From assembly GCF_001194135.2 (NCBI RefSeq), contig NC_068986.1:45640682-45696362 (forward strand): a DNA stretch of 55,681 nt. The letters run 5' to 3'. This DNA comes from Octopus bimaculoides. Taxonomy: Eukaryota. Positions 12,428-26,400 of the stretch are shown here, one piece after another. Both the position numbers and the translations under genes were made by a program. How positions within the stretch are numbered: the stretch's first letter is position 1; each line of letters opens with the position of its first letter. A model generated the notes under the pieces. It ran no database searches. It saw only the letters and a program-made list of their open reading frames with translations, and was not told where the DNA came from.

Positions 12428-15400
12428 TAGTTTTATTTTTATAACGTGCTTTCACTTCACTACCGAGCGCAGCTCTGTGCGCCTTGGGTATGTGCTGTGG
12501 TTTGCTGTCACAGCACATACCCAAGGTATTATTATTATAAGATATTTAAAAGGAGATCAGCTAACAGGAGTAACCTTGTCTACATTATAGGAATAAAATC
12601 CTCATTGCTGGACAGTCCCAATCAGCTCAGGTTGTGCAACTGCTGTAGCAATTTATAATATCACTTGAATTAAATACACTGAACATCGGCTAATTTCCTG
12701 CAAAGTACACTCCAAAATTGAAGCTGTGTAGTTCTTCAATCATTTGTTTAAAGACAGATTAATATGAATAAAAGTGAAATCAGTGTCCATATCTCCTTCC
12801 CATCTACCTGTACTGGATAATCAGGGAATTTAGAGGTGAAGCTAATAAGGTTAATGAATAGCTTGAACTTTCAAATGTTAGTAGCAGTAGGGAAAATTTG
12901 AGGAGAGAATCTGTTTACATACTCAAAGAGAACGTGCAATTTAATAGTTTAATTGCCAAGGTGTAGGAAGTAAAATTGAATCAAGGACAAAATAAATATG
13001 ATAAATTTGGCTTTAGAGGTATTTCAAAGCACATCCTCCAGATTGAGTAAGAAACAAAATTGAAATACCGTTAAGCATTTCGCCCAGCGTGCTAAGTTTC
13101 TTATTTCTTTACTGCCCACAAGGGGCTACACACAGAGGGGACAAACAAGGATAGACAAATGGATTAAGTCGATTATATCGACCCCAGTGGGTAACTGGTA
13201 CTTATTTAACCGACCCCGAAAGGATGAAAGGCAAAGTCGACCTCGGCGGAATTTGAACTCAGAACGTAGCGGCAGACGAAATACCAATTTCTTTATTGCC
13301 CACGGGGGGCTAAACATAGAATGGTACAAAACAACTGATTGGGATCAGTAATGCGAATGGTTTACATAAAATATGACTTTAAAAATTACATAAAATATAA
13401 AAAATCGAATGATATTAACAGTACGTTAGACAACACAAATGAAGCGATGATCAGGCCACGCTCCGACCCCACAAGCCCCGATCTATCACTANNNNNNNNN
13501 NNNNNNNNNNNNNNNNNNNNNNNNNNNNNNNNNNNNNNNNNNNNNNNNNNNNNNNNNNNNNNNNNNNNNNNNNNNNNNNNNNNNNNNNNNNNNNNNNNTT
13601 TTATCCTAGTCTTCCATACTGCCTCTTTCGCTATTGCTACAACCGTGAGAAAACAATTCTTACCTTCGTTTGTTAAAACTCCCGGTGGGTCAATTTTTAT
13701 AATTGACTCAGTCGACAGCTGTACTCTTCCTTCGCCGGACAACAAGTGTTCAGCATAAACCCACGTTTCAGATATCTTCGGACACTGAACAATAGCGTGA
13801 GGGACGGTTTCCCTGTCTCTCCCGCATCTTGGACAGGCCGGCGACTGACGCTTACCGTGTCTTGCAAGCTTATCCCAAACCCTCCTCCCCGGCACCCGTC
13901 ATCAACCCTATCGCACCACCGACTCCTTCATCTGCATTTCTACCAACATCCTCTATTGCAGGAGTTTTCAAACTTTTTGACTTGCGGACCCCTTTATATT
14001 TCAAGCTTTACCTTAGGGACCCCCTTATAAACGCTTATGAAATTTATACATAAATATTTGCTTAAAATAACATATCTTTACATTTATTTATTTAACAGTA
14101 TTTAACAAATAGGTTTATTGTCAATTATACACACAGGATTTTTTTGTACATACTTAGTGAGAAGGATGTGCTTGGCTTTGCACAAACTCTCAATTCTTGG
14201 AGATATTAATGACAAAGTCACTTTCTGGAGCAAGTCTGGATCTGTATTTGTTTTTCAGATTGGCCAGTGCCGAAAATCCTGCCTCGCATAAATATGTTGT
14301 TGCAAACGGTAGCAAAATCTTAACTGCCTTTCGAGATAACAATGGATACTCGGAGGCTACAGTAAGCCAGAATTTCGAAAGTGGTTGCTGCATAAAACTG
14401 ATTTTAAAAGTTCTGTCGCATGAAATTTCAGCCAGTTCTTCCAGTTCATTTCCTGTGAGCATGTCATCAGCTATTTCAACATTAAACGATTAAACGGATT
14501 TCTGATCCAGTCAAAATTTTCAATACTATCTGGAACATTTTTCGAGAAATATTTGTCAAAATGTTCGCCTAGTGATATTAAATGTCGTTTAATATCTACA
14601 ATTACTAAATCAACATTAACCGAACCATTGTTACTGAGATATTCGTCCAGTGTAGGGAACATATCTAAAGTTTTCTTACTAACTTTTGTAGTCCATATAT
14701 CCAGTTTTTTCTTGAAGGCTTCTATTTTGTCACGACTAAATAAAATATTTGAATCTCTTCCTTGTAGAGATAAATTCAGTTCATTAAGTTTGTTGAATAT
14801 ACCTGCCAGATAAGCAACTTTGCAAAGCCAAATTTTATCAGCCATTATCGAAGCCAGTTCAGCATTATAATCACACAAAAACATCAACAGTTCTTCACTA
14901 AGTTCAGATAAATGCTGAATTGTTTTACCTCGTGAAGAGCCATCTTACCTCTGTATGAAGCAACAGACTTGAATGTTCAGCCTCCATCTCACCACAGAGT
15001 ATTGCAAAGAAACGACTATACAGTGGTCTTGTTTTAATGAAATTTATCACTTTTGTACAACATAACAAAACTTCGGACAAAGAAGCATCCATTTTTTTGA
15101 CAACCAGAGCTTCTCGATGAATCGTGCAATGTGTTGCAGTGATGTTAGGTGCTACTTTCTTAATATATCCCACAACACCCGAGTGAATACCGGTCATTGA
15201 TGCCGCCCCATCTGTACATATGCCAATACACTGGCTCCATAACAAGCCTGATTGAAAAAGAAAAGAGTCCAATACTTTGAAAACTTCCTCCCCAGTTGTT
15301 CTAGTGGGCATAGGATAGCAAAATAGAGAATCTTCAAGCATTACACTTTCCCAACAATATCGCACATACACCGTAAGTTGAGATTCACTGGTAATATCTG

Positions 15401-17831
15401 TGCTTTCATCAAGTTGTAATGCAAAAAAGCTTGTTTTCACTGTCAATTAACTGAGATTTTATATCTTTTGACATATCTTCTATTCTTCGCGCAATTGTGT
15501 TGTCTGACAGTGGCACAGCTTTCAATTTCGCAGCACATTTTCCATCCAAAACTGCCTCATACATGTCTATTGCGCAGGGCAATACAAGTTCTTCAGCAAT
15601 ATTATGGGCCTTCTTAACACGAGCTACTCTAAGTGCCACTAAATAAGATGCCAATAGTAGTTTATTTGATGTTATTGACATTTTAAAAGTTGTTGTCTCT
15701 TTTAAATATGCATCCTTTTTTCTTTCAAAAAAATCTTTTGGCTTTGTGGCAAATTGAGGATGTAGTGTTGTTAAATGTCGCTGTAATTTAGCTGGTTTCA
15801 AGGCTTCATTCGACAACAGCTTATGACAAAGTAAACACTGTGGTCTGTTAGCATTAGACACACTTTCAATGAATCCAAATCGAATATACTCCACGTCGTA
15901 TTTTCTTAATTTATTTTTCTGAACAATCTCTTCTGTCTCTGTATCAGATTCTGAGTTGATTTCATCATGAGCTTTCCATTTCAAAAATTTATCCATGAGT
16001 AATGCTTGCACCCTGAAAATTTGAACGTGAAGCTCTTGCATGTGTAAAATAATTTTCGTATAAATAACGTTGACGTATAATGGGCGATAATGTAGGTTTT
16101 ATGCCATTTAGGAGCATTAATAAATAAAAATCAGATATTCAGACACTGAAAATTTATAATTTGAACTTCACTGGATGTGTAAATTAACAAAGTGTATTTA
16201 ACAATTACGTGACAGTACCTGTGTGCTTCTTTGGATCTGACTAAACAGTCTTAACTCAGCAAATACTTTAACGCAAAAATCACAAATTCCCACTTTTCTT
16301 ATGTCATGAACCATAATTAATGTGAATGGAATTCCTGACACGCAATCAGTGCTCAAGTCAGAACTTAATTATTTTAATCGATGGGACTTTTAGGATATAT
16401 TACAAGATTATTTACCTGTTATTTCATGCGCTTACATTTACAAAATATAAGAAAAAAGATTTCGATTTAAAAACATATATAAAATCAGATTGCCCATAAA
16501 AAGTATTTGCTGCCCACGGACCCCTGTCTTGTCCTTGCGGACCCCCTGTGATCCGCGGACCACAGTTTGAAAACCCCTGCTCTATTGCATCTCCTGCTCT
16601 CTCTGCCATTCTCTGTACATCGGACAAACGGGGCGCCACCTGGCCGACCGATTCGCGGAACACCTCCGAGACAACCGCCTTGGCAATGATACCCCGGTGT
16701 CACGCCATTTCCGCTCTACCGGTCACTCCTCGCAGCAACACCTGTCCGTGTTTGGATTGTCCTTGCACAGGGGCCATCCGGACTCCTGTTTGCACCGTGA
16801 ACNNNNNNNNNNNNNNNNNNNNNNNNNNNNNNNNNNNNNNNNNNNNNNNNNNNNNNNNNNNNNNNNNNNNNNNNNNNNNNNNNNNNNNNNNNNNNNNNNN
16901 NNNNNNNNNNNNNNNNNNNNNNNNNNNNNNNNNNNNNNNNNNNNNNNNNNNNNNNNNNNNNNNNNNNNNNNNNNNNNNNNNNNNNNNNNNNNNNNNNNNN
17001 NNNNNNNNNNNNNNNNNNNNNNNNNNNNNNNNNNNNNNNNNNNNNNNNNNNNNNNNNNNNNNNNNNNNNNNNNNNNNNNNNNNNNNNNNNNNNNNNNNNN
17101 NNNNNNNNNNNNNNNNNNNNNNNNNNNNNNNNNNNNNNNNNNNNNNNNNNNNNNNNNNNNNNNNNNNNNNNNNNNNNNNNNNNNNNNNNNNNNNNNNNNN
17201 NNNNNNNNNNNNNNNNNNNNNNNNNNNNNNNNNNNNNNNNNNNNNNNNNNNNNNNNNNNNNNNNNNNNNNNNNNNNNNNNNNNNNNNNNNNNNNNNNNNN
17301 NNNNNNNNNNNNNNNNNNNNNNNNNNNNNNNNNNNNNNNNNNNNNNNNNNNNNNNNNNNNNNNNNNNNNNNNNNNNNNNNNNNNNNNNNNNNNNNNCCCA
17401 ACACCTTCACATCACACCATGCTACACCATATCATACAACAAAACACATCACAACATACCACCACGCACACACCAGCACTGACTAATTCCCATCCCCACA
17501 TTTTCACACCTTCACACCTACATACACACATGCATATGTTAAAGTCACCAGCATTCCCTCACACACAGGCACCTTCGTTTTGGGATCACTACTTCTTTGT
17601 TATCTCCCCTTCTTAACTCTCCTGTATGATCCTTCTGTCTGGCTTTCGCCATGATAGATCACTGACCACTACACATAGTTTGTTTCTCTCCTTGTTTCTT
17701 TCAGTGTTCCTTTCTGTTGAAGAGCGTAGGCTCGAAACGTTAAAGACTTTCTCTATTCCCGAGCGTTATACTTATACATCCATTTGTTGTTTACACCACC
17801 TGTCTTCGTCTGTTGTTTTTTCGTGAATTCT

Positions 17832-17879
<48 letters not shown>

Positions 17880-20800
17880 TTTACACACCGACTTATTTAT
17901 ACCCACAGACACAGAACACATATATGTATATATATATATACTCATACATGTGTGAGTGTGTAAACATATATATCTGTGTGTGCATGCATGTATAAATTAT
18001 AAGGCACCAAAAGAGAATGACTCTCCCCAGGCACAACAAAATTAGTGATATAGATTTCAAAATATCTGTGGTTTTTTTCTATAGGTATTACTAGTAAAAT
18101 ATTATCATGCAAGATTGAGTCAGCTTCTTCCTCAACTGGATTTGTGCAGGTAGACGGTAAAAGCTATGAACATTTTGGGAGTTCGATGACCCTGACTACA
18201 AATATCTTAAAATCAGAGCAGTTCACGAATGGTGATAATAAAGCGTATTTGCGCGCTGCGGAGAGTTTGGTGAAAGATAATAAAGCTATAGGAAATAGAT
18301 TAAATGAATATCGAATATGGACACTTTGACATATTTTATACTTAATCATTTGAATTCAAATTAACGTAGAGAATAGTTGAGAAGAGCAGAGCTGTTTAAA
18401 TCAATGATTCATAGAGGTTTTGAAGAATAAAGTAAATTCTCAGCTGACAAAATATTTCGTTAAAATTGCACGAGTTGGATAATGGTACAACAAGTGTAAA
18501 TGCTTTGATATAAATATCAGTACATATCAAGTGCGTATTAAAATATGTATATTTTTATTGTTGGATTACATTCAAGATGTATTTCATAATCAACTGTTTC
18601 TATATTCATATTTACTACAAACTCATTTCTATTAAGTAAAAAGTGACTGGCGATAATGTATTAAAAGCTTGTCAAAAATTTAGTTGCAATAATTGTTTAC
18701 TTTTGGCTAACATGTTTAGATTTACTATATTGCAGAACACTGTCACTTCAATTTAAATGTAACGAAAATGCTAAATGTCCTACACCACAGAATTTACGTG
18801 ATACATACGCTCTTTATGGGTGTGGTAAGTATTACCTTTTTCATTGATAGCTTTTATATCTCCACTAAAATATCGTTTAATAATTGTAAACGTATTTAAA
18901 ATTGAATTCTATTTTCCCCGTCCCTAGAAAGAAATAAAATCCAAATAAGTGAAGACGGACGATATCCGCTAAGCATTTTGCTCGGTGTTGCAACGATTCT
19001 GTCAGCTCGCCGCCCTAAGACAATTGTATATTAAAATAATACATGTATCTTTAAATCTTTATTTTACTTGTTCCATTTATTGCACTATGGTTATTCTGGA
19101 GCAATGGCTTCAAGAATGTTAGTCGAACGAATCGACCTCAGTACTTATCTTTAAAGCCTGGTACTTACACAGAAACACAGGACCGACTTCTTTCTGTTTC
19201 CTTCTACCAAATTCACTCACAAGTCTTTGGTCTACCCGAGGCTATAGCGGAATTGCTACGCAGTGGGACTAAATGCGGAATCTTGTGGTTGGGAAGTAAA
19301 CTTCTTATCACACAACCACACCTGCTCCCCCCCACACGCACACACATTGTATGTATGTATACATACATATGTGCGTGTATGTGTGTGTGTGTGTGTGTGG
19401 GGGGGGGGGTTGAATATCTTGTCGCCAATAATGTTATGATAACGTTGGTGTGTGAACAAGGGTGTAGGAATAGTATTAGCCAAATAAATATTTGGATATG
19501 GTTATCTAGACTAACCTTTCGCAGGATTAATATGTTCATGCAGAACGTACTCCGTATTACGCCAAACGTAGATACGTTATTAAACTAACACAGTAATCCA
19601 ATACGAACGATCAACACTGATGACTGTCAACTGCCAACAGTTCAGTTTATTTTATTGAAATGCGTTAGTCCACTGTTAGTCACGTGGGGTGGTCAGGATC
19701 CTTTCACAACACCTTCCCTTTTTTGAAAGTTAACCTCCCATAACTTCTCTCCTTTCTGTGATTTAAACTCCGTCCAGCGTTTAATTCCAGTATTTCCGTT
19801 CTTTTCCTTTTTCTTTTACTTGAACGTGTAGTTTCAATTTTTTGGGGTGTTGGTACCTTCAAACATGTACAAAACTTCCATGAGAATTTCGTTTTTCGTA
19901 ACTGTTTCTTCCGTACATCTTTTTAAGTTGGTTTATATGTCTTTTATGCTCGAATTTTTTTCCTTTTACCAGGAATAATACTTTTCCAATTTGTTCAATA
20001 ATTACACCGTTCTCCCCGCTTTCTTTACCATATCTGCACGATTAAAAAAAAAAAAACTTTGCCACCTATCTTGAAGAATTTTTGCAGTATATTTGTTGTT
20101 CGTCATTTTTCTTTCTTTTTACTCGGTATCAAATTATCAAAAGCAGATCTGATCTTTCTAGCAAACATTAATTCCGCAGGTGACATTCCAGATGGTGTAT
20201 TCGGATTAGATGTTACTCGGTACACTGTAAGAAATTGTGGAAGTGCTAAGTCATCCATTCGTTGTTCGCCTTTTAAAAACCCCTCTTAAAAGTATCAACA
20301 AACGCTCCACCTTTCCTTTCAACATTGGATGATACGGCGGAGTAGTCACAGGTTCGATAACAAACTTTTTACAAAACTTTTTAAACTCGACTGAAGTAAA
20401 CTAAGCTCCATTATCAGACACAATGGTATCAAGAATACCATATCTGGTGAACAATTCGTGTAAAAAACTTACTGTAAACACAAATGTCAGCTTTTTACAC
20501 TTTTGCACTTCAGGCCACTTTCAAAAAATGTCCACCAAAATAGGGTAATATGAACCCTTAAGTGGACGTGCGTGATCAACATGCAGGCTGGAACATGGAA
20601 TATCTAGTTTTGGCCACGGTTGCCATTTAGTGGTAGGTGCTTTTGCAGCTAGGGCACAACCTCTGCATGCTTGCAATGCCACGTTCCATTCTTGACCAAT
20701 ACACATAACTTCTCATTAACGATTTCATTCCCGAAATTCCTGGGTGCCAATGTGAAATTATTTTAGTAATCGCTTCAGTAGTGTGGCTGGCACTACAACT

Positions 20801-23377
20801 TTTTGTGCGTACATCACCAAATTCTCACAAATAGAGAAGAGGTTCGAATTTGTGTTGCATTCAGCAGGGCGCATATTTTCATCACTTTTACCCGCCAGCA
20901 TTTTTTAATTTTCTTTAACAAAGGTATTGCTTTCCGCTTTTAATTTTATGCCTTATAATGTAACTGTTAGTTCACGTATGATATTACACAAAACATTTTA
21001 AATCCCAGTTTCTGTTCGCAACGCAACAATCGTAGCATCCTCAAACGGTCCAGTACTTTTCGAAATCAATCTTGATAAACAATTAACATGTCCTAATTTC
21101 TTAGATGGAATAAACTCTTAAAATCATAGTTTAGTAATATAGTACTCCAACGTTACAACCTATTAGCAGTATGGGTGGGGATTACTTCTTTCGACCCATG
21201 TATAGATAATAACGGACGATGATCAGTCTGTAGTCGAAAATTCCTACCGTGTAAAAATCTATGAAATTTCTTTTACGGGAAAAATAATCGCTAGAGCTCC
21301 TTTTTCAATTTGGCTGTAATTTTTTTCTGCTGATATCAGAGAACATGAAGCATGAACCACTGCCTTCACTTTACCATCTTTATATTTATGTAGCATTACT
21401 GCTCCGATACCGTACTCAGAGGTATCTGAAACTACTACAATCTCCACTGCAGGATCGAAATGTGCTAACGACAAACCAGATGTCAATATCTTTTTAATTT
21501 CGTCGAAGACCTTCTGACAATTACACTTTACATCTTTTTTTAGTAGATTATTTAGTGGAGATCTTTATGCATATTTGGTATATAAATTTGATAATAGTCT
21601 GAAACTACCCAAAAATCTTGTAAGGTAGATATATTTGTCGGAGGGGACATATCTTTCATCTCATCAGTCCTCGTCAGATCTGGTTAACGCCCATTTTTAT
21701 CAATGATTTGTCCTAAATATTCAATTTAAGGTTAGAAAAAATTACACATTTCCTCACTTTGTGTGAAGCGTAACTCCTTATGTTTTCGAACACATATTTT
21801 ACGTACTTGACATGTTGACCACGGGATTCACTTTTAATTAAGTCACACTCTGCAAGCATCGTATCTATCACTTGTTGAATATAGCCAGAGCAACTTTTAT
21901 GCCAAACGGAAGTCGATTAAGCTTGTACAGACCTTTATGTGTATTGATTGTTAGCAGCTTAGCTTAAACATTCGTCTTCTACTTGTATCTGTAAATAGGC
22001 ATCAGACAGATCTAATATTGAGAACAGTTTACCACCATTTAGTTTCGAGAAGATTTCCTCTGGGCTAGATAATGGGTAGTTATACTGTTTAAACAGTGAT
22101 TTGGTCTCGTTGAGAAATCTGCAGAAACACGTATTTTATTGTTATTTCTAACGTATACAATTGGACTCACCCAATCTGAGTAATTAATCTTTTCAATCAC
22201 TCTCATTTCTCTCAATCTATCTAATTCTTTCTTTACTTGTTCCATTGCTGCAAACGGTACATTACACGTTGGTTTGAAAACTGGTAATGCGTTTCGTTTC
22301 ACCTAAAATTTGGTTTTAAATTTATTGCACAGACCCAACTCGTCCGAGAAAACATCAAGGAACAACCTTTTCACTTCTTATTTAAAATTTTCTGGCTTTG
22401 AATTTGAACTGGCGCACAACCTCATTACACTTTTACAAAACTTAGCAATGGGTAAATCCCATAAGTCGAACACATCCCGCCAGTCAGTTCCAAAAGGTTA
22501 CTTGTAGTTTTTAAAACACAATTGTCATATCTGTCTTTGTACGACGGTTGTCGCTTTGACAGATATTGTTATATTCCAAAGTTGTCGATAGAATGTTTCT
22601 ATCAGGTATTGTCCGCCAAATACCACTGAGTAACCATCTGGCAACATGTGGTCATCAAACTTTTATTATATTTCCATTCCATAAACATTACAACCGGAAT
22701 GAAATTGAAAGAAAATGCAAAGAAAAGGACTTTATTAAGAAATTCAAACCCACTCTTAACAAACAATGATTAAATTTATCTTACTTGAGGTTTAAAAATC
22801 TTATCCCTATAACTAAAACACAAAAAATCTCTCAAATATCATCATTTCTATAAATAGATTTGGCATCATTTCTAAGAACAGCCAAACACCTACTGGGGTT
22901 TAAAAATCTTATCCCTACAACCCAAACACAAAACAATTACTCAAATATCATCATTTCTANNNNNNNNNNNNNNNNNNNNNNNNNNNNNNNNNNNNNNNNN
23001 NNNNNNNNNNNNNNNNNNNNNNNNNNNNNNNNNNNNNNNNNNNNNNNNNNNNNNNNNNNNNNNNNNNNNNNNNNNNNNNNNNNNNNNNNNNNNNNNNNNN
23101 NNNNNNNNNNNNNNNNNNNNNNNNNNNNNNNNNNNNNNNNNNNNNNNNNNNNNNNNNNNNNNNNNNNNNNNNNNNNNNNNNNNNNNNNNNNNNNNNNNNN
23201 NNNNNNNNNNNNNNNNNNNNNNNNNNNNNNNNNNNNNNNNNNNNNNNNNNNNNNNNNNNNNNNNNNNNNNNNNNNNNNNNNNNNNNNNNNNNNNNNNNNN
23301 NNNNNNNNNNNNNNNNNNNNNNNNNNNNNNNNNNNNNNNNNNNNNNNNNNNNNNNNNNNNNNNNNNNNNNNNNNNNN

Positions 23378-23422
<45 letters not shown>

Positions 23423-26400
23423 CATATGCGTGTGTGTGTTTTAAAATTAGAATGTCCCAAACAAGGCATGAAACCACTTAGAGTAAGTGACTATGAACAA
23501 AGAGAAATTAAGATGAAAGTAATGAATTTACTTTAGGCTTGAGTTGGTAGATCTGGTAGCTCGGGGAAGAAAGCTACGGCCGTTAAAATACGTCCTTAGT
23601 TATGGAAGCACAACAACGTTTGGATGAAGACTCTGTGAATTCCGACTGAGGCGAGATGGCACAAAAAGGATCTAGAAGTAAGAAAAAAAGTTCATCAGAG
23701 CACTTCCTGGTGTCGTCACGTCGATGTAGAAGGGTTGCAAAATTGAAGCAAGAGAGGAACCAATCAAAGTAGAGACTTCCTTCTAACCTGGTCAAGGAGA
23801 TCCAAGTGAAAAGATGGTGCATCTTCCCAAATATGATAACAATATTTCATACCAGGATGAATTGTGAGCTTGTAAAGATACAAAATGGCCTTGGTTGTGT
23901 GGTAGTTCTTTGACCTATATAACGGCAGAACTTTACAGGAAGCCGACCTACCAATTTACTGTATATAAAAACTCCAGGAAACAACAGGTGAGAAAGAAAG
24001 ACCAACCGATTTCAAATTAGGCCTTTCCTCAATTGGTTTGACTGTATCACTGTGTGATACCCCTGACAACCGAGAGGAGATTAACAGGACGATATTTGTT
24101 TTGAATAGAAGGCTCACCAACATTCTTAAAAATAGAGATGACATTAGATGTTTCAGCATGACAGAAAACAAGATTTAGCAAAACAAATATTAAACAACTC
24201 AGATAGCAAAGAAAACACCACAGGAGCACACCATTTCAAAGCAACCCCAGGAACGACGTCAGGACCATATACTTTAGACTGGTCAAGCTTAGAGATTAAC
24301 TTAGCAACTAACTTCGAAGTAATGACTGCAGAATAAAAAAAATGTTCTGTATGAGAAGGAAGAGATGCATCCGAATCATCAAATATAGAGTTATCAGCAA
24401 ACAAGTGATCAAACAGGTCAGCTTTTTTGCGGAGGACCTAGAATACCTGACACTATCAAAAAGTGGAGGCACACTACTGTAGATTTTCAAAAAGTCGCGA
24501 CTTCCAAGCCTCTGTGAGGCAAAAGATTTGCAAATCCTCCATTGATGAGATGATTTAGCATCAGCATTAGCTCTTTTACGGACATTGCTGACTATTCGAA
24601 AGGCGAACCAAGAATCTTTAAACTGATTGCGCTGAAAGTATCGATAAAATGGTTCCGATAAGAAACAATAGATGTACACTGTTTGTTGAACCAAGGCGGA
24701 GATTGAGGCGTTTCCCGAAAATTGTGACAAGAATAATAGTGTCAATATCAGTCTGTACCCACTCTGTGTATTCAGCTGTAGTATCAAAGCTAGCTTCCCC
24801 AAAGGCAGAGTTCAAAGGAACATCAACAAACAAGTGACTAAAAGTCAACTTTTTCTGCGGATGACCTAGAACACTTGACACTATCAAAACATGTGTGTGG
24901 GTGGGAGTTGGGTGTGGGGGTGCAGAGAAGACCTACCAAGTTTGATAACACTATTGTAGATTTTCCAAAAGTCGAGATTTCCAAGCCTTTGTGAGGCAAA
25001 GGATTCACAAGCCTTGTGGGCATGAGATGATTTAGCATCAGCAATAGCCCTCTGACAGAGTTCAAAGAAAATCTTGAAAAAGGAACTAAAGCCATTTCAA
25101 TCGTCCTTTGTAAACTTGAATGTCTTACGATTATAAGGTTTATCTACACCAGCAACAGCAACAGATTCGATATTGAGAGTGACTACTGCTTGATCCGATG
25201 GACCAAAAGGAGGGAAAGAAGTTGCCTGTCAACCTTCTAGGACAGAAGTCACAAAGTAGTCAAGCAGAGACGTGCCAGTACCACTGTCAGGAGATCTGGT
25301 TGGAAAGTTAATAATCTGTGTGAGATGATGAAGCAGAAAGTAGTTATAGGAAACTTCAGGCCTATCAGTTCGATGGAGAGCATTGAAATCATCAAATCTT
25401 GTCTATACCATCAAATAAAGCTTCGATAACTGGACGCGAGTCGAAGGAAGGCGATCTATATAAGAAAAATAGGTAGCAAGTTGCTTGAAGGAGAGAAACA
25501 AGGAAGCACATATAAGATTCGTTCACATATTCAAGAGGCACTCTGACTATTAGTAAAATCCGTTCGTGCATAGGCAGCCAACCCATGGAGATGAGTATCA
25601 GAATCACAACGGAGCAGTGGTAAAGAGCCATCAACGTTAAGTTTGGTGTTACATACAGAATCATTTAGATTTGTCTCACAGAGTGAAAGAACATGAGAGT
25701 TTGCATGAAGAAAAGATTGGACAATGGGAAATTATTATGAAGATCTCGAACATTGCTGAAAGATACAAAAAGAACTTCATTGTATGCTTTTGGAGAACCT
25801 AGTTTTGCAAGTATATATATATTAGCTTGGAACATAAGTTTATACCGGTTATTAATTAAAAATTTCAAAGAGATTATTTCGATATTTGTGCACGTCTTTA
25901 TTAAACCCGATATGTCATCTACCATTCCTGTACCATTCTCTATCTTTGAGGTAGTTTTATGATTCCCCCCACCCAGAACTTGACATCTGTCCTGGTCATG
26001 GACAAATCTAAGTGGGTTTTGCAAACCTCCAAGCAATTGGATTTCTCCCCATGAACAGGATTTCGTAGGAACCGAAATAAGTTGTAATCTGAAGGTACAT
26101 GGTCAGCTTAGTATGGCGGGTGTAGTAGGACATCACAACTAAGCTGTACCAATTTGCTGTCTCTATGAGGATACAAGAGGTCTAACGTTGTCCACCCTTC
26201 CGATTGGCCAATTCTAGATATTTTTCATCGATTGTATATCTAATCGGTCTAACTTGGAATAATAAATGTCTGGATTCAACCTCTGATTTTGCGGAATGAG
26301 TTCACAATACACAATGCCCTTCCAATCCTACAAGAAAAAAAAAAGCCTTACCGTCTTCGGATTGTGACGAATTTTTGAGTGATTTGGGTGATTCTTTTCA

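Larger units (their letters stand above)
13891..16802 (+). mobile_element. Penelope-like element GIY-YIG endonuclease region, split by a hAT insertion (13891-13958 plus 16588-16802)
   Basis: Removing the hAT and one TSD restores [42 protein letters not shown]...VSRHF. Confidence 0.88.

Noticed and set aside
16548-17486. Long ORFs spanning N gaps (also 22860-23477, 35010-35294, 54348-55228)
   Set aside because: They are open only because N codons contain no stops.
18144-18329. 61-aa ORF with natural-looking composition
   Set aside because: No recognisable motif, no Cys pattern, and no compatible splice route into the gene model.
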